From positions 388,986-452,985 of the forward strand of contig NW_005201287.1 in NCBI RefSeq assembly GCF_000372725.1: 64,000 nucleotides of DNA, written 5' to 3'. The notes under the pieces are model-generated. The model made no database searches and was not told the DNA's origin. It worked only from the letters and a program-made list of their open reading frames with translations. Source of the DNA: Emiliania huxleyi CCMP1516. Taxonomy: Eukaryota. A program made the translations under genes and the position numbers. Shown here in pieces: positions 19,811 to 31,451 of the stretch (positions are counted from its first letter, which is position 1; the number at the start of each line of letters is the position of its first letter).

Positions 19811-20289
19811 CCCGACTGGCCGCCGCCTCGCGTCCACGGTGGTGGTCCGCGAGCGCGAGCGTGGGCAGCACGGACAAGGCGATGCTCCCCCCAGGAGTTG
19901 TTCCCCTCGTCGTTGTCCACATCAAACGTGGGCACGTATTTCTTCAAACGCAGAAACCTCCAGGAAAACCGGGCGCGACGCAATCAAGGTCGGGGCTTCT
20001 TTTTTCAATACGGCGAAACGAAGGACGAAGGTGTGTGTGTGGGGGGGGGGGGGTAGGAAGGAGGTTGACAAGGTGAGAGCCGTAGACAGGCAACACACCA
20101 AACAACAAATGCTGCTAAAAATCTCTCTCTCTAGACAGGAGTGCAGCGCGCCATCTTCAAGCAGATGTGCGACGTAGCGATCGGCAGCGTCGGCGGCTTC
20201 AATCAAGCGCTCACACCCGCGCTACGTCGCCGAGGGGTATTAATTGCAGGCCCAGCCATTGCCCCCAGTGGCTTCCCTCAATCGCAAAG

Positions 20290-20763
20290 TGCATAAATTC
20301 TTTTTGAGAGCGCCTTCGTTGTTAATAATACAAGCCCAATGGTCCCTTTCGAGCGGTCCCCTGTCGCAGTCGCACACACGCACACGCCGCACCGCACCGC
20401 GCGCCCGCCCGCTGCCCCGCCCAGGCGGGAAAGAGATGAGGAGATGGGACAGCAAAGGAGGAGGCACAAACACGTATGGGAGGGTTCAGTTGTGCGCCAC
20501 GCTGCCCGGCGTTTCTCACTTTTCGGGACAGCCCCGCCCTTTTGAGGCAGGAAAGTGTGTGTGTGTGTGTGTGACTCACACACACACACACATACTCACG
20601 CCCCCGCCCCTTCTGCCCCTCGCTCACACCCCGGCCCGACACGCACATACAAGACAAACCCGGCGTCCTGCTCTCAAAAGAAAAGAAAAAATGGGAAGGA
20701 GGAGACCAGCGGGGGAGACTCCCCGCCTATGCAACACCCCGGGGCTGCCATCGCCGAAGCTGT
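20290..20763. repeat. repeat B' (inverted copy of 10103-10655)
   Basis: Reverse-complement match to repeat B. Confidence 0.92.
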
Positions 20764-21123
20764 GCCTAAGCATAACTCCCAAACCCGCAGCGGCCCGGGG
20801 GGCCTTGGGGGCAGCCTGCCGGACCGCTGTTGCACGGGGCTAAGCACCAGATTCTTTTTCCTGTCGTGGATAGAGCGGAAGATGGACCGCGCTATCTTTC
20901 GTTCAACAGAGGCTGCGCTCTCGCCATTTCCCTCTCTCCCCTCGTCGCCGTCGCCATCGTCGCTGTCTCCCTCGCCGTCACCTGACTCATCCCTGCCCCC
21001 GTCCCCACCGTGCACCGACGTCGCTAGCTCTTAGCATGAGCTGCGCCCTGTGTCCGACCCCTTTTGCGCAGCAACACCTTAAACTTTTACGCCCTCCAAA
21101 TTCGGGTCGGAGCGTAGGGCGTA

Positions 21124-21499
21124 CAGTTCCGGACGGGCATTAAGAACCTCTAACGTTAAGAACCTGAGGCTCATATTTCGGCCGGATCCCTAAGAACTCC
21201 CTAAGAACCTGAGGCTGGGCCAACGCCTGCAGCCGGCGCCCCTGCCCCCGCGGCCGCAGCCGCAGGGGCAGCTCACGGCAGCGAATGACTCTCTTGTCAC
21301 GCCATGCGCGAACTTACTGTTCCAAACTTCCAAACTGTTTTAAGACCCATTTATTGATTTTTAATCGAAGCCGAAACGGTTTAAAAAACCATCCACCCGG
21401 TTAAGAACCTGAGGCTCGGCCCCCGACGGACCGCCGACTTAGCTAAGAACCTGAGGCTGGGCGAAGAACCTGTGCGTTCTTAATGCCCGTCCGGAACTG
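21124..21499. mobile_element. Tc1/mariner-type MITE, 376 bp
   Basis: Perfect 24-bp TIR cagttccggacgggcattaagaac, flanked by TA on both sides. Internal taagaacctgaggct repeats. The empty site is visible in repeat A near 9895. Confidence 0.92.
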
Positions 21500-21654
21500 T
21501 AGCGGAGTGGGCCCCGAGTTTGAAAAGGGCGACGGACGCTTGCGTCCTAGCCTCCACCAACACCTCCGTGAGGGCCACCCAACGCGGCCAAAGGATATCC
21601 ACCTCGAGACCTCGAGAGTGAGCGCCCTCGCGTTATTTCCCTTCGCCATGGACG

Positions 21655-23718
21655 ATGTCAAACGCAGTCGTCGAGGGCTGGCTTCAGCGAGCGCCGCCGT
21701 CGATCCGTGACGCCTCGCTCCGTGCGCAGCTCGAGCACGTCGTCACGCAGAGTCGCGAGGCGTGTGTGGACGCGCTGCGGAAGCTCGAAAACGCACAGGA
21801 GGAGCTTGCCTTCTGTGCATTCTGGCAGTCGGTGCTGCAGGAGCGCATCGAGGCGCTGCCATCCGAGCTTCCCAGCTACGCTCGGAGCCTCAACGAGCAG
21901 CAGCGCCGCGCTGCTCTCGCGCCAATCGACGCGCCGCTCCTCGTTCTGGCGGGCGCCGGCTCCGGAAAGACAGGCGTGATGGCGGCCCGCGTCCAGCACA
22001 TCCTCGCCTCGGGCGTGCCGCCCGCGTCGGTGCTGGCGCTCACCTTCACGCGCGCAGCGGAGACGGCGATCCGAGAGCGGCTGACCGCCTCTGTGGGCGT
22101 CCGCGTGGCAAAGGCGCTGCGCGTCGCCACCTTCCACTCGCTCGCGCTCTCCATCTGCCGCGAGTTCGCCGCCGCGCTCGAAGGCGGCACCGCCGACTTT
22201 GCGCTGGTGACGGGCGCGCAGCAAGTGCGCCTCGTCACCCGCGCCCTCGTAGAGTACCGCATCGCACGCGCCGCCCGCCCCTCCTCCTCCTCCTCCTCCT
22301 CCGGCTCCTCCTCCCCCGACGCGCCCGACGCGAGCCGCGCGCTGCGCGCGCTGCTGCACGCAAAGGCGCGGGGCGGGCGGGCGGAGGGGGTGGCGGACGA
22401 GGCACTACGCTTCGTGTGGGACAAGTACGACGCGTGGCAGCGCGAGCGAAACGGCCTCGACATGGTCGACCTCGTCCGGGTGGCTGCGGAGGTGGTTCGG
22501 ACGGTGCCGGCGGCGCGCGGCCAGCTGCGCCAAAGGCACAGCCACATCCTGGCGGCGGTGCTCAGGGGCGAGACGTAGAGCTGTGCACGGCGTCTCTTCA
22601 CAGCTGCGGCCGTGAACAGGTGGACGAGTTCCAAGACACCAACCCGCTGCAGATGGCGCTGCTGGCGCTACTCGCGCCTGCCGAGCCCGGCCGCGTCACC
22701 GCCGTCGGCGACGACGACCAGTGCATCTACGCCTTCCAGGGCGCGCAGGGCGCCGCCGCCCTCCGCGCCTTCCTCGCCGCCTTCCCTCGTGCGGAGAGGG
22801 TGACTCTCGAGCAAAACTACCGCTCGAGCGGGACGCTGGTGGCTGCGGCGGCGGCAGTCGCGGCGTGCAACAGGCGCCGCTGCGCCAAGCGCGCCTTCAC
22901 GAGCAACGGCGCCGGCGAGAAGGCGCAGCTCGTCGAGTTCCCCATACCTCTCCATATCTCTACATATCTCCCCATGTCTCCCCATATCTCCCCATATCTC
23001 CCCATACCTCCCCATATCTCCCCATATCTCCCCATGTCTCCCCATATCTCCCCATATCTCCCCATATCTCCGGCGAGAAGGTGCAGCTCGTCGAGTGCAC
23101 CTCTGTGCGAGGAGAGACGGAGCACGTCGTGCAGACGGCGAGACTAGCCGAGAGGAGCCGGGAGGAGCCGAGAGGAGCCGAGAGGAGCCGAGAGGAGCCG
23201 AGAGGAGGCCGAGAGGAGCCGAGAGGAGCCGAGAGGAGCCGAGAGATTAGCCGAGATTGGCCGGCATCGGGCGAGCTTAGCCGAGATTGGGCGAGCCGGA
23301 GCACGTCGTGTGGACGGCCCGCTCGATGGTCGGGAGCCTTCCCGGAACCTTCCCGGAACCCTCCCGGAGCCCTCCCGGTAGGTCCGCTCGCTGGTTGCGG
23401 CGGGCTCGCCTCTCGCCAGCATCGCCATCCTCTACCGCAAGCAGCGGTGCGGTGCGGAGATGCAGGCGGCGCTGCTGGCCGCCTCTGTCCCCTTCAACAC
23501 GCGCCGGAGCAACTTTTGGCGCTCGCGGCATGTGCAGGGCGTCGTCGGCCTCCTCGCCTTCCTCCTCCGCCCACACGACGATGCGGCCTTCGTGGCGGCG
23601 ATCGAAGTGCTGCACGAGACACCGCCCTCCTCCCGCGCCTCCGCCTCCGCCGCCACCGCCGCCGCCACCGCCGCCGCCGCCACCGCCGCCGCCGCCGCTG
23701 CCTCCTCCGCCTCCGCCT

Positions 23719-23750
<32 letters not shown>

Positions 23751-26417
23751 GCCGCCGCCGCCGCTGCCTCCTCCGCCTCCGCCTCCGCCGCCTCCGCCGC
23801 CGCCTCCACCGCCGCCGCTGCCTCCACCACCGCCATCGCCGCCCCCTCCTCCGCCTCCTCTGCCCCTGCCCAGCTGAGCGAATCGCAGCGCGCGAGGATG
23901 GAGGCCTCCAAGGCGGCGGGGACTGCGCGTCGGCCGTGAGTCACTCATCACTCCCAACTGACTGCCTCAATTCATGACGCAGGCGGCCGCGCTGGCGCGG
24001 CGGCAGTCCGGTGGCAGAGGCCCCTCGCAGCTGCCCCCAACAGCAACCTGCTCCGCCTCCGCCGCCGCTCCCGCCGCCGCCGCTCCCGTCGCTGCACCCG
24101 CCGCCGCTGCTCCCGCCGCCGCTACTCCCGCTGCCGCCGCTGCCGCTGCCCCGCCCGCCGCCGCTGCCGCTGCCGCTGCCCCGCCCGCCTCCGCTGCCGC
24201 CGCTGCCGCCGCTCGCTCCACCGCCGCTTCCTCCTCCTCGGCCGTTTCCGCCCCCCTCGCCACCGCCGACGACCTCGTCGCCGCCCTCCGGCGTGCGCGC
24301 GACGCCGCGCAGTGCCATCGCCCCATCGCCGCCACGCCCGCCGCCGCCGCCCCCTCCGCCCCCGCCGCTGCGCCCTGCTGTCCGCCGCCGCTGGCCTCGC
24401 TCTGGGAGACGGCGGTGGGGGAGACGGCGGCGGGGGAGGCGGCGCAGGCGGCGGGGAGGGGGGCGGGGACCCGCGTCCCGGCGGCGAAGCGTCGCAAGTC
24501 GGGATCGGCGGCGGGCGGCAAGGAAAAGGGCGGCAGGGAGAAGGGCGGCAGGGAGAAGGGCGGCAAGGAGAACGCCGCCTCCGCGCCAGCGGGGGAGAGT
24601 GGTGGGGGCGGCGGGGCGGCGGAGAAGGAGGGGGGCGGCGGCCTCTCTCCGCCGCAGCTGCAGGCGCTTCGCCGTGTTGTCAAGGCACTCGAGCGGCCGC
24701 TGCGCCGTCTAGGGACCGAGCCTCTTTGAGAAGTGTAAAGCAGCTCAGTCATTGTTAGGCACTCGAGCGGCTGCTGCGCCGGCTCGGCACGCTGCAGCTG
24801 CCCGCCCTGGTGCAGCAGCTGCGCGGAGGCGGTGCGGCTGACGAGCCATGGACTCTCGTGACTCATGACTCCGCGCATGCGCACACTACAGGTGCAGCGC
24901 TGTGCGGAGGCGGTGCCTGGCGCGCACGGGGCGCTGCACGCGCCGCCGTCGTCTCGCCGCGGTTCCCCGCTCCTCCACGGGCGTGAGGAGGAGGAAGGAG
25001 CAAGCAGGCCCTCCTCACGGCTGCACGCGGCTGTGAGCAGGCTCCTAACTAGTTAATTATTAATTCAATCATTCTTAATTATCAATTAAAGAGCGGCTGT
25101 GAATAGGCTCCACCCTAATTAATGATCAATGATCAGTTCTCAGCTATCAGCTAAAGAGCGGCTGTGAGCAGGCTCCACCCTCCTCAACGAGCCAGAGGAG
25201 CAGCGCTCTCTCCTCGCCCTGCTGCTCACCGAGGCGGAGGAGGCGGACAGGGAGAGCCGCGCCGCCGACCAGGCGACGCCGCACCACCCCCCGGCGGCGC
25301 CTCAGGGAAGCTGCGTGCCGGTTGGCGGCAGTTCACAGAGGCTCTTCACAGCGGCGGGCGGCGCGTCGTGGGGCGACGCGCTCGCGACGCGCGCGCGCAG
25401 CCGGCTGCGCGCGCTCCTCGACAGGCTCGAGATCTCGCCGAGACCGTCGCCGAGATGTCGCCGAGATGTCGCCGAGAATGCAGCACTTCGCCGGCCGTCG
25501 CCCCGCCGCAGGGCGGTCCTCGGCCCCGGGTGTGAAGAGGCGCTGTTCACGCCCTAGGCTGGAGCTGTTGTCGCTCGAGCAGGACGCGCCCGTCGAGGCC
25601 GCCGCGCCACGTCCACGAGACACGTCCGCGACACGTCCGCGACACGTCCCGAGCAGGATGCGGCCGCCGAAGAGGCGGCACGCGACGTGCGCTTCTCCCC
25701 TTCCCTCGGCTCTCTGCACAGGGCTGCAAGCCGTGACCTACGAGCGGTGCAATGCTCAACTAGGCGCTCACTCTCTGCACGATCCACGGCTCGAAGGGTC
25801 TCGAGTGGCGCCGCCGCCATCGCCGGGGAGGCTGCCGTGAGCGGCGCCTCTTCCACCCCTCGTATGTGTGCGAGCAGGCGCCGCGCGCCCTCGTCGTGCC
25901 GAGCGGATGCTGTGAACGGCGCCTCTTCACGGCTGCAGCTGTGAACAGGCCCACCGTCCTCGTCGTGCGGATGAACGAGGGGGAGTGCCCCAGCAGCGCC
26001 GCACTGACGGCCGACGGAGGCGGCGGCACGGGCGAGGCTATCCAAGACTAGTTCTCCCCCCTGGGCCAGTCTTGCCTAGCTGTGAGCAGGCGGCGGCGGC
26101 ACGGACGAGGCGCTCGAGGACGAGAGGAGGCTGGCGTACGTCGCTTTCTCGCGCGCCAAGGCGGCTGGCGGCGGGATTGGGACCCCCCCCCCCTCCCCCT
26201 CCCTCCCCTGCCTCTCTGCCACGCCCGCATCGCAGTGTCTCCTTCACACAAAAGCACAACCCGGGTAAGTCTCCTTCACGCCGCTACGCCCTGGAGTCAG
26301 GCGCGGCTGATCCTCTCGTTTGTCGCCACGGAGCCGAGCGGCGCGCCGGCGACGCCGTCGCGTTTCCTGGGCGAGATCCCGGCGGCGCTGACCGTGCGCG
26401 ACTCGCAGCTGCGCTGA
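21655..26417 (+). CDS. UvrD/PcrA/Srs2-family SF1 DNA helicase, multi-exon
   Basis: LNEQQ...LVLAGAGSGKT, LALTFTRAA, VATFHSL, VDEFQDTN, AVGDDDQCIYAFQGA, LEQNYRS, IAILYR, TIHGSKGLEW, EDERRLAYVAFSRA, PSRFLGEI. Confidence 0.95.
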
Positions 26418-27887
26418 ACGGGGCGAGGGAGGAGACAGGGAAGAGAGAGTCTAGAGAGGCAGTCACTGGCGGACTTTTTGTCCAACATCGAGAATTGAGG
26501 ACCCACGAGTCCACGGTGCCAAGGGAGATTCGGCAGCTACACTTGTTCATCGCGTCGTCCGACCGTCTCGCGAGCGCGACGACTCTCCTCACAGGCCAGC
26601 GACCTATCGCTAGTACACTCGCATCATGGAAGTGGTGTACGAACTCCCGCAAGTGCTATTAGCACAAAAAATCACAGAAAATTCACAAGCGCTCGCGGAG
26701 CCGCCGGCGCCGCGAGCCACGCGTCCCCACGCACCACGCAGCGGCAGCCCTGTTCTCAGGTAGGACGGGAACGAGATGATAGTAGGGAGTAGAAGAAAGC
26801 AAAGAGGAGCCTGCGCACGCACGACTCCGCAGGAGAAGCCCCTCCCCAGACAAAACACAAGGGAGAGGTGGGTGGGTCACAGAAAACTGCGGCCGCCAGC
26901 GACTGTGGGCGTCCCGCTGGCGGACGGGAGGAGGAACACAAAGGGACGTCCGGACGTCCATCCACTGGGATGAGAGTACTGGAGACCTGAGGTCGAATCT
27001 GCCGATTCCACAGCCGCCCACAGGAGCGCCGCCTCAACACGGGGTCTCGGCTCTATCGAGCCATGCTAGCTCCAGCCGCAGCCCCACCCGGCCGCCCGAG
27101 GGGGTGTTCCCGCAGGCAGAGAAGACCAATCCTGGGGGAAGTAACCTTCACTCTGGTAGGACGGGAACGAGATGAGAGTAGGGAGTAGAAGAAAGCAAAG
27201 AGGAGCCCTGCGCACGCACGACTCCGCAGGAGAAGCCCCTCCCGCCCGTGCTTGCGCAGCGCAGCCTCCTCCTCCCTAGGTAGCGCCTCCTTTGGCTGGC
27301 CCGAGCTGTCGGTGACGAGGCACCACGTGAGGTAGTTGGGGAGCTCTACCTTGCAGTGCGCAATCTTGGCAAGAACCGGATTGCGGGAAGCCTCGTGACC
27401 CCCCGGGCCCAACAGCACACGCAGGATGAGGTCGCAGCCCGACGCGAAGGCCGCCGCCAGGATCTGGCGCCGTCCTTCGTCTGACTGTGCGTCCGCGCCG
27501 CTTCGACGCTGACTCGCTCATCGTTCGCTTCACCGACAAGTGGGGAAGGGAGCACGAGCTCGTCTGCCTCGAGCCCAAGGACGGCAGTCCAACTGCGAGC
27601 AGGTCGAGGCACAGATGGAGAACGGCATCCGCGTCAACCCCGACCTGCAGGCCACGTATGCGGCCGGCAACACCGGGACTGTGACCATGTCGCAGCTCGA
27701 GAACGGCCTCGTCGACTCCGACGACGACGAGGAGGGGCTGGCGCTCGACGCGGCTGAAGACGCGGCGCGCGGGGTTGAGGGCGCCAGCAGAGTAGCTCGC
27801 ACCGATCTCACCGCTTGTCTTCTGCCGGACACGGACACTGGTGTGTTGGCCATAAAGAGGAGCGCAGATTAAAATGGCGCCGCAGGC

Positions 27888-28350
27888 TCCCCGGGCCCCA
27901 AATCTCAATCTCAAATCTCAATCTCAAATCTCAGACCCAATCTCCCGGGCCCCAAATCTCAATCTCAAATCTCAATCTCAAATCTCAGACCTCAGACCTC
28001 AATCTCCCTGCAGGTCAAACCCACCCAACCCTTCTAGAAGCTTCGAGGCTCTTGTCAGTATTCACACCGCAAATCTCCAAATCTCAGCTCTGAAATCTCT
28101 AGGTTGGAAGGCCGTCCAAATCTTCAGTCTCAAATCTTGGATCTCGAGCGAACTCGACCGTGCAGATTCCTTTTGGTGTGGGAAATCTCATTCTCCAAGT
28201 CTCTGGTCTCTTAATCTCAAAGTCTCCCACCGGAGGCCGAGTGACTGAGGTCTTAAGTCTCAAATCTCTGGTCTCAAATCTCTGGGTAGCACTGTAGACC
28301 CGAGTGGAGTCTTTCAAATCTTTAAGCTCTCAATCTCTAAAAAAGACTAG
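27888..28350. repeat. AATCTC-rich repeat array, including a ~55-bp tandem duplication
   Basis: Many copies of aaatctc/aatctca; resembles transposon subterminal arrays. Confidence 0.7.
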
Positions 28351-28602
28351 AGATTACCATTACCCCGCGCCACCGCGCCCGCGGGGGCGTGACGTCTGTA
28401 GCGAGGCGACGGTGGGACGGTGTCCGACCCGTTCTGGGGTTTTCATATAATGCGGCTCTACTCGTATCGACCAATAAAATACCGGGGGAGGCCTGCGCAG
28501 CCTCTAACTATTATAGAGCGCCACAAAACACGCGCACCGCGTCACAAACACTGGTTAGGTGTTTTACCCCCCGCGGCCGATCCCCGCGAGGCGTCCCCCT
28601 AC

Positions 28603-30697
28603 TTACACCACGGTGATGCCAAGAGCAACCCGCGCCGCCGTGAACGGCGCGGCCGCCTCCCACGCGTTCGTCACGGGATCGTATCGCTCGACCGAGCTGT
28701 GGCCGTTGACGCGGTTGTGGCCGCCCACAGCGGCCGACTACACGGTAAGGCATACGGACCTTGCAGAAAACCTTTTCCTTCTAAGCAGGGCTACACAATG
28801 ACCCTATAGTGTGTGGGTGTTCCTGGCGAGTTGTGATGAGTAGAATTAGACTAGCCAATACTATTTTGAAGTTCATATATGAAAATACCAACTTGCCTAT
28901 GTGCACGTCTCCGCCGCGGCGGCCCGGAGGCGGCCCGGCGGAGCGGTCAGAGCAGCACTGCGCGGGCCGGCGATCGACTCTCGACTATAGTACGGGCTCT
29001 ATTGAATGGCCTCAAGGTGCTCTCTAGGGCTGCCCTATTCCGCTCGCCCGGCTACGTCGCCGGGCTTCGAAGGAAAAGGTTTCGCTCGGCACGGCGTCGG
29101 AGAGCAAACTTCGACGTTCGTCCTATAGTGGAAGCCGGACGCACGTAGGCAAGTGGCCCATGACCAGGCGGGCTGCTGCTCAGAATCTGGGCCGTCGGCG
29201 CTCGCTCTCGCGCTCTTCATAACGGCGTTGCCCCCTCCCTCCCGCGCCGACGTTGGGCAGCCCGACCACGACAACGTCAGCGCCGCTGGCCTGCAACTCG
29301 AGGCGCCTTTGAATGAGCACGAGCCGGTGCGCGGCGGCGGCGCGGGTGATGCAGCCCAAGGTGACGGCGACGGCAGAGGGGGCGGCGCCGGCGGCGGAGG
29401 AGGCGGCAGCGGCGGCGATGGCCGCGGGGTCGGCCCGCCCGCCTTTGCTGCTGGTGCTGTGGGCATCATCACAGCTCAGCGGCGGCGCCGGCGGTGTGCG
29501 ACCAGGGCCAGTGGTAGACTTTCGACGCGGTGAGGCTGCTCTCTGAGCAATGACACTAGCAAGAGCATCATGTGTGTCATCGGAGTCACTTGTATTACGA
29601 TACCACCACGCCGCCACGCTCGCAAGGGCCGCCTAAGCGCCTAAGCACCCTAAGCACCCCCCCGCTTAGGCCGCTTAGGCGCTTAGGCGAGTGACGGCCG
29701 GCTGCCCGGGGCCTGGCGTGCCTCCGCCGTGGGCTGAGCGCCCGGGAGAGCCACTCTGCAAGTGGTGTGCGAGCGTGTAGCCTTTAGCGTGCAGTCGGCC
29801 AGCATACAGCTTGCCGTCGAGCACCGCCACGGCGGCAAGAGTCCGTGCCGCCGCCATCGGCGCCACCCCCTCCCACGCATTCGTCGCCGGATCGTACCGC
29901 TCGACCGAGCTGAGAGAGTCTTCGTCGTCGCCGTTGAACCCGCCCACAGCGTACAGCTTGCCATCGAGCACCGCCACGGCGTGAGCCTGCCGCTCCTCCG
30001 CCATCGGCGCCACCGCCTCCCACGCGTTCGTCGCCGGGTCGTACCGCTCGACTGAGCTGAGGACGTCGTCAACGTCGTTGACGCCGCCCACAGCATACAG
30101 CTTGCCGTCCAGCACCGCCACGGCGGGAGCAAACCGCTCGACCGCCATCGGCGCCACCGCCTCCCATCCTTTCGTAGCCAAGTCGTACCGCTCGACCGAG
30201 CTGAGGACATTAATTGGACCGTAGTCGTCGTTGTAGCCGCCCGCCACGTAGAGCTTGCCGTCGAGCACCGCCATGCCTGCATTCCCCCGCGCCGTCAGCA
30301 TCGGCGCCACCGCTTCCTCCTCCCACTCATTCCTGGAAGGGTCGTTCCGCTCCAGCGAGCTGATGACGCGTCCAGTGTTGCCTTCACCGCTGATCACGAG
30401 CAGGCGCGGCCTCTCGCGCTTCGGCAGCGTCTCCTTCCATCCGCGGCGCCACGCGCGGCACGTCCCCTTGACGGCGTGCTCCTTGATCGGCAGCTGGGCG
30501 AGGATGTGCGGGGCGAGGTCCGGCGAGAGGAGGACCTCGGAGAGGACCCACTCGGGCTGCTCCACGAGCCGAGCGGCGTGCTCCTCCGCCACGCGCATTG
30601 CGGCGGCGCTCCAGAGAGGCGCCTGCTCGTCGATGAAGGCGACGAGCTGCTCTGGCGAGAGGCCAGTCAGGCGGGCGCCGATGCGGTGGGAGGCCAT
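28603..30697 (-). pseudogene. F-box-like + Kelch-repeat gene interrupted by a TIR element
   Basis: Repeats of GKLYAVGG...LSSVERYDPATNAWEAVAPM; N-terminal LSPDLAPHILAQL...TCRAWR. Removing 28732-29800 plus one TSD copy restores KLYA|VGGHNRVNGHSSVERYDPVTNAWEA...* (stop at 28603). Confidence 0.88.
28732..29800. mobile_element. non-autonomous TIR element with 3-bp TSD (PIF/Harbinger-like), 1069 bp
   Basis: TIR ggccgactacacggtaagg versus reverse complement ggccgactgcacgctaaagg. TSD AGC at 28729-28731 and 29801-29803. In-frame empty site in the Kelch gene. Confidence 0.88.
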
Positions 30698-31451
30698 CGA
30701 GGGAGGCTCACTGGGGTCCGCGGTCAGCGGGCGCAGCTGTGATTTCTTTTCGCCGGATTCTATTCTAAATATCGCAACACTAAGCGCCAGGTCGGTTTTT
30801 GGTATCGGCTGCCCCCGGGGGCGAAAAAGGGTTTTTCTTTTTGCTGATTTTTACAAGATAAAAGACCAACTCAAGACGGGGTGAGGGGTAGGTTTGGGCC
30901 CTTGGGGGTTTCCTCTCTTCAGGCAGCCGGAAATTTCACAGCCACGGGAAGGGAATTCGGCGAAAAAAATTTTACTGGTGGGGGCGCGAGTGTACTTCCG
31001 ATCCACTAGGTATACCCGCAAAATCCCCGGTATTTTGCCGATTTGGCTGATTTTGGGCCCAAACCAGCCTCAGACTCGGCTCAGAGCCCGGAAAATTTGA
31101 TGGTTTTCCCGGGAAAATAGAGAGGAAAAGAGAGGGTGCTGCAGAGAAAAAAGGAAAGGAAAAGAGACGGGGTGCGAGAGGCAAACCTTGTTCAGCCTAA
31201 GTGACGGTCGGCCGTCAGAAACCACGCCTGCGTGGATCGCGTCACACCAATTCTCGCTACCCAACGCGGCCAAAGGATATATCCACCTCGAGAACCTCGA
31301 GAACAAGGGGTATAGTGCAGATGCACCGCATTCGGATTTTCGCTATTTGGTCGTGTGGGGGTCAAATATATGCACCGCGTCGGCGACGCGGGCGCCTTGC
31401 GGGCAGAGCCCTGAGCCACCCTTGCGCGGTCATAATCTCTCTCTGAGGTGT

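Noticed and set aside
23277..24884. Poly-Gly, poly-Pro and antisense ORFs
   Set aside because: Alternative frames of GCC-rich Ala tracts inside the helicase gene.
27888..28360. Complete TIR transposon around the AATCTC array
   Set aside because: No matching opposite terminus or TSD found.
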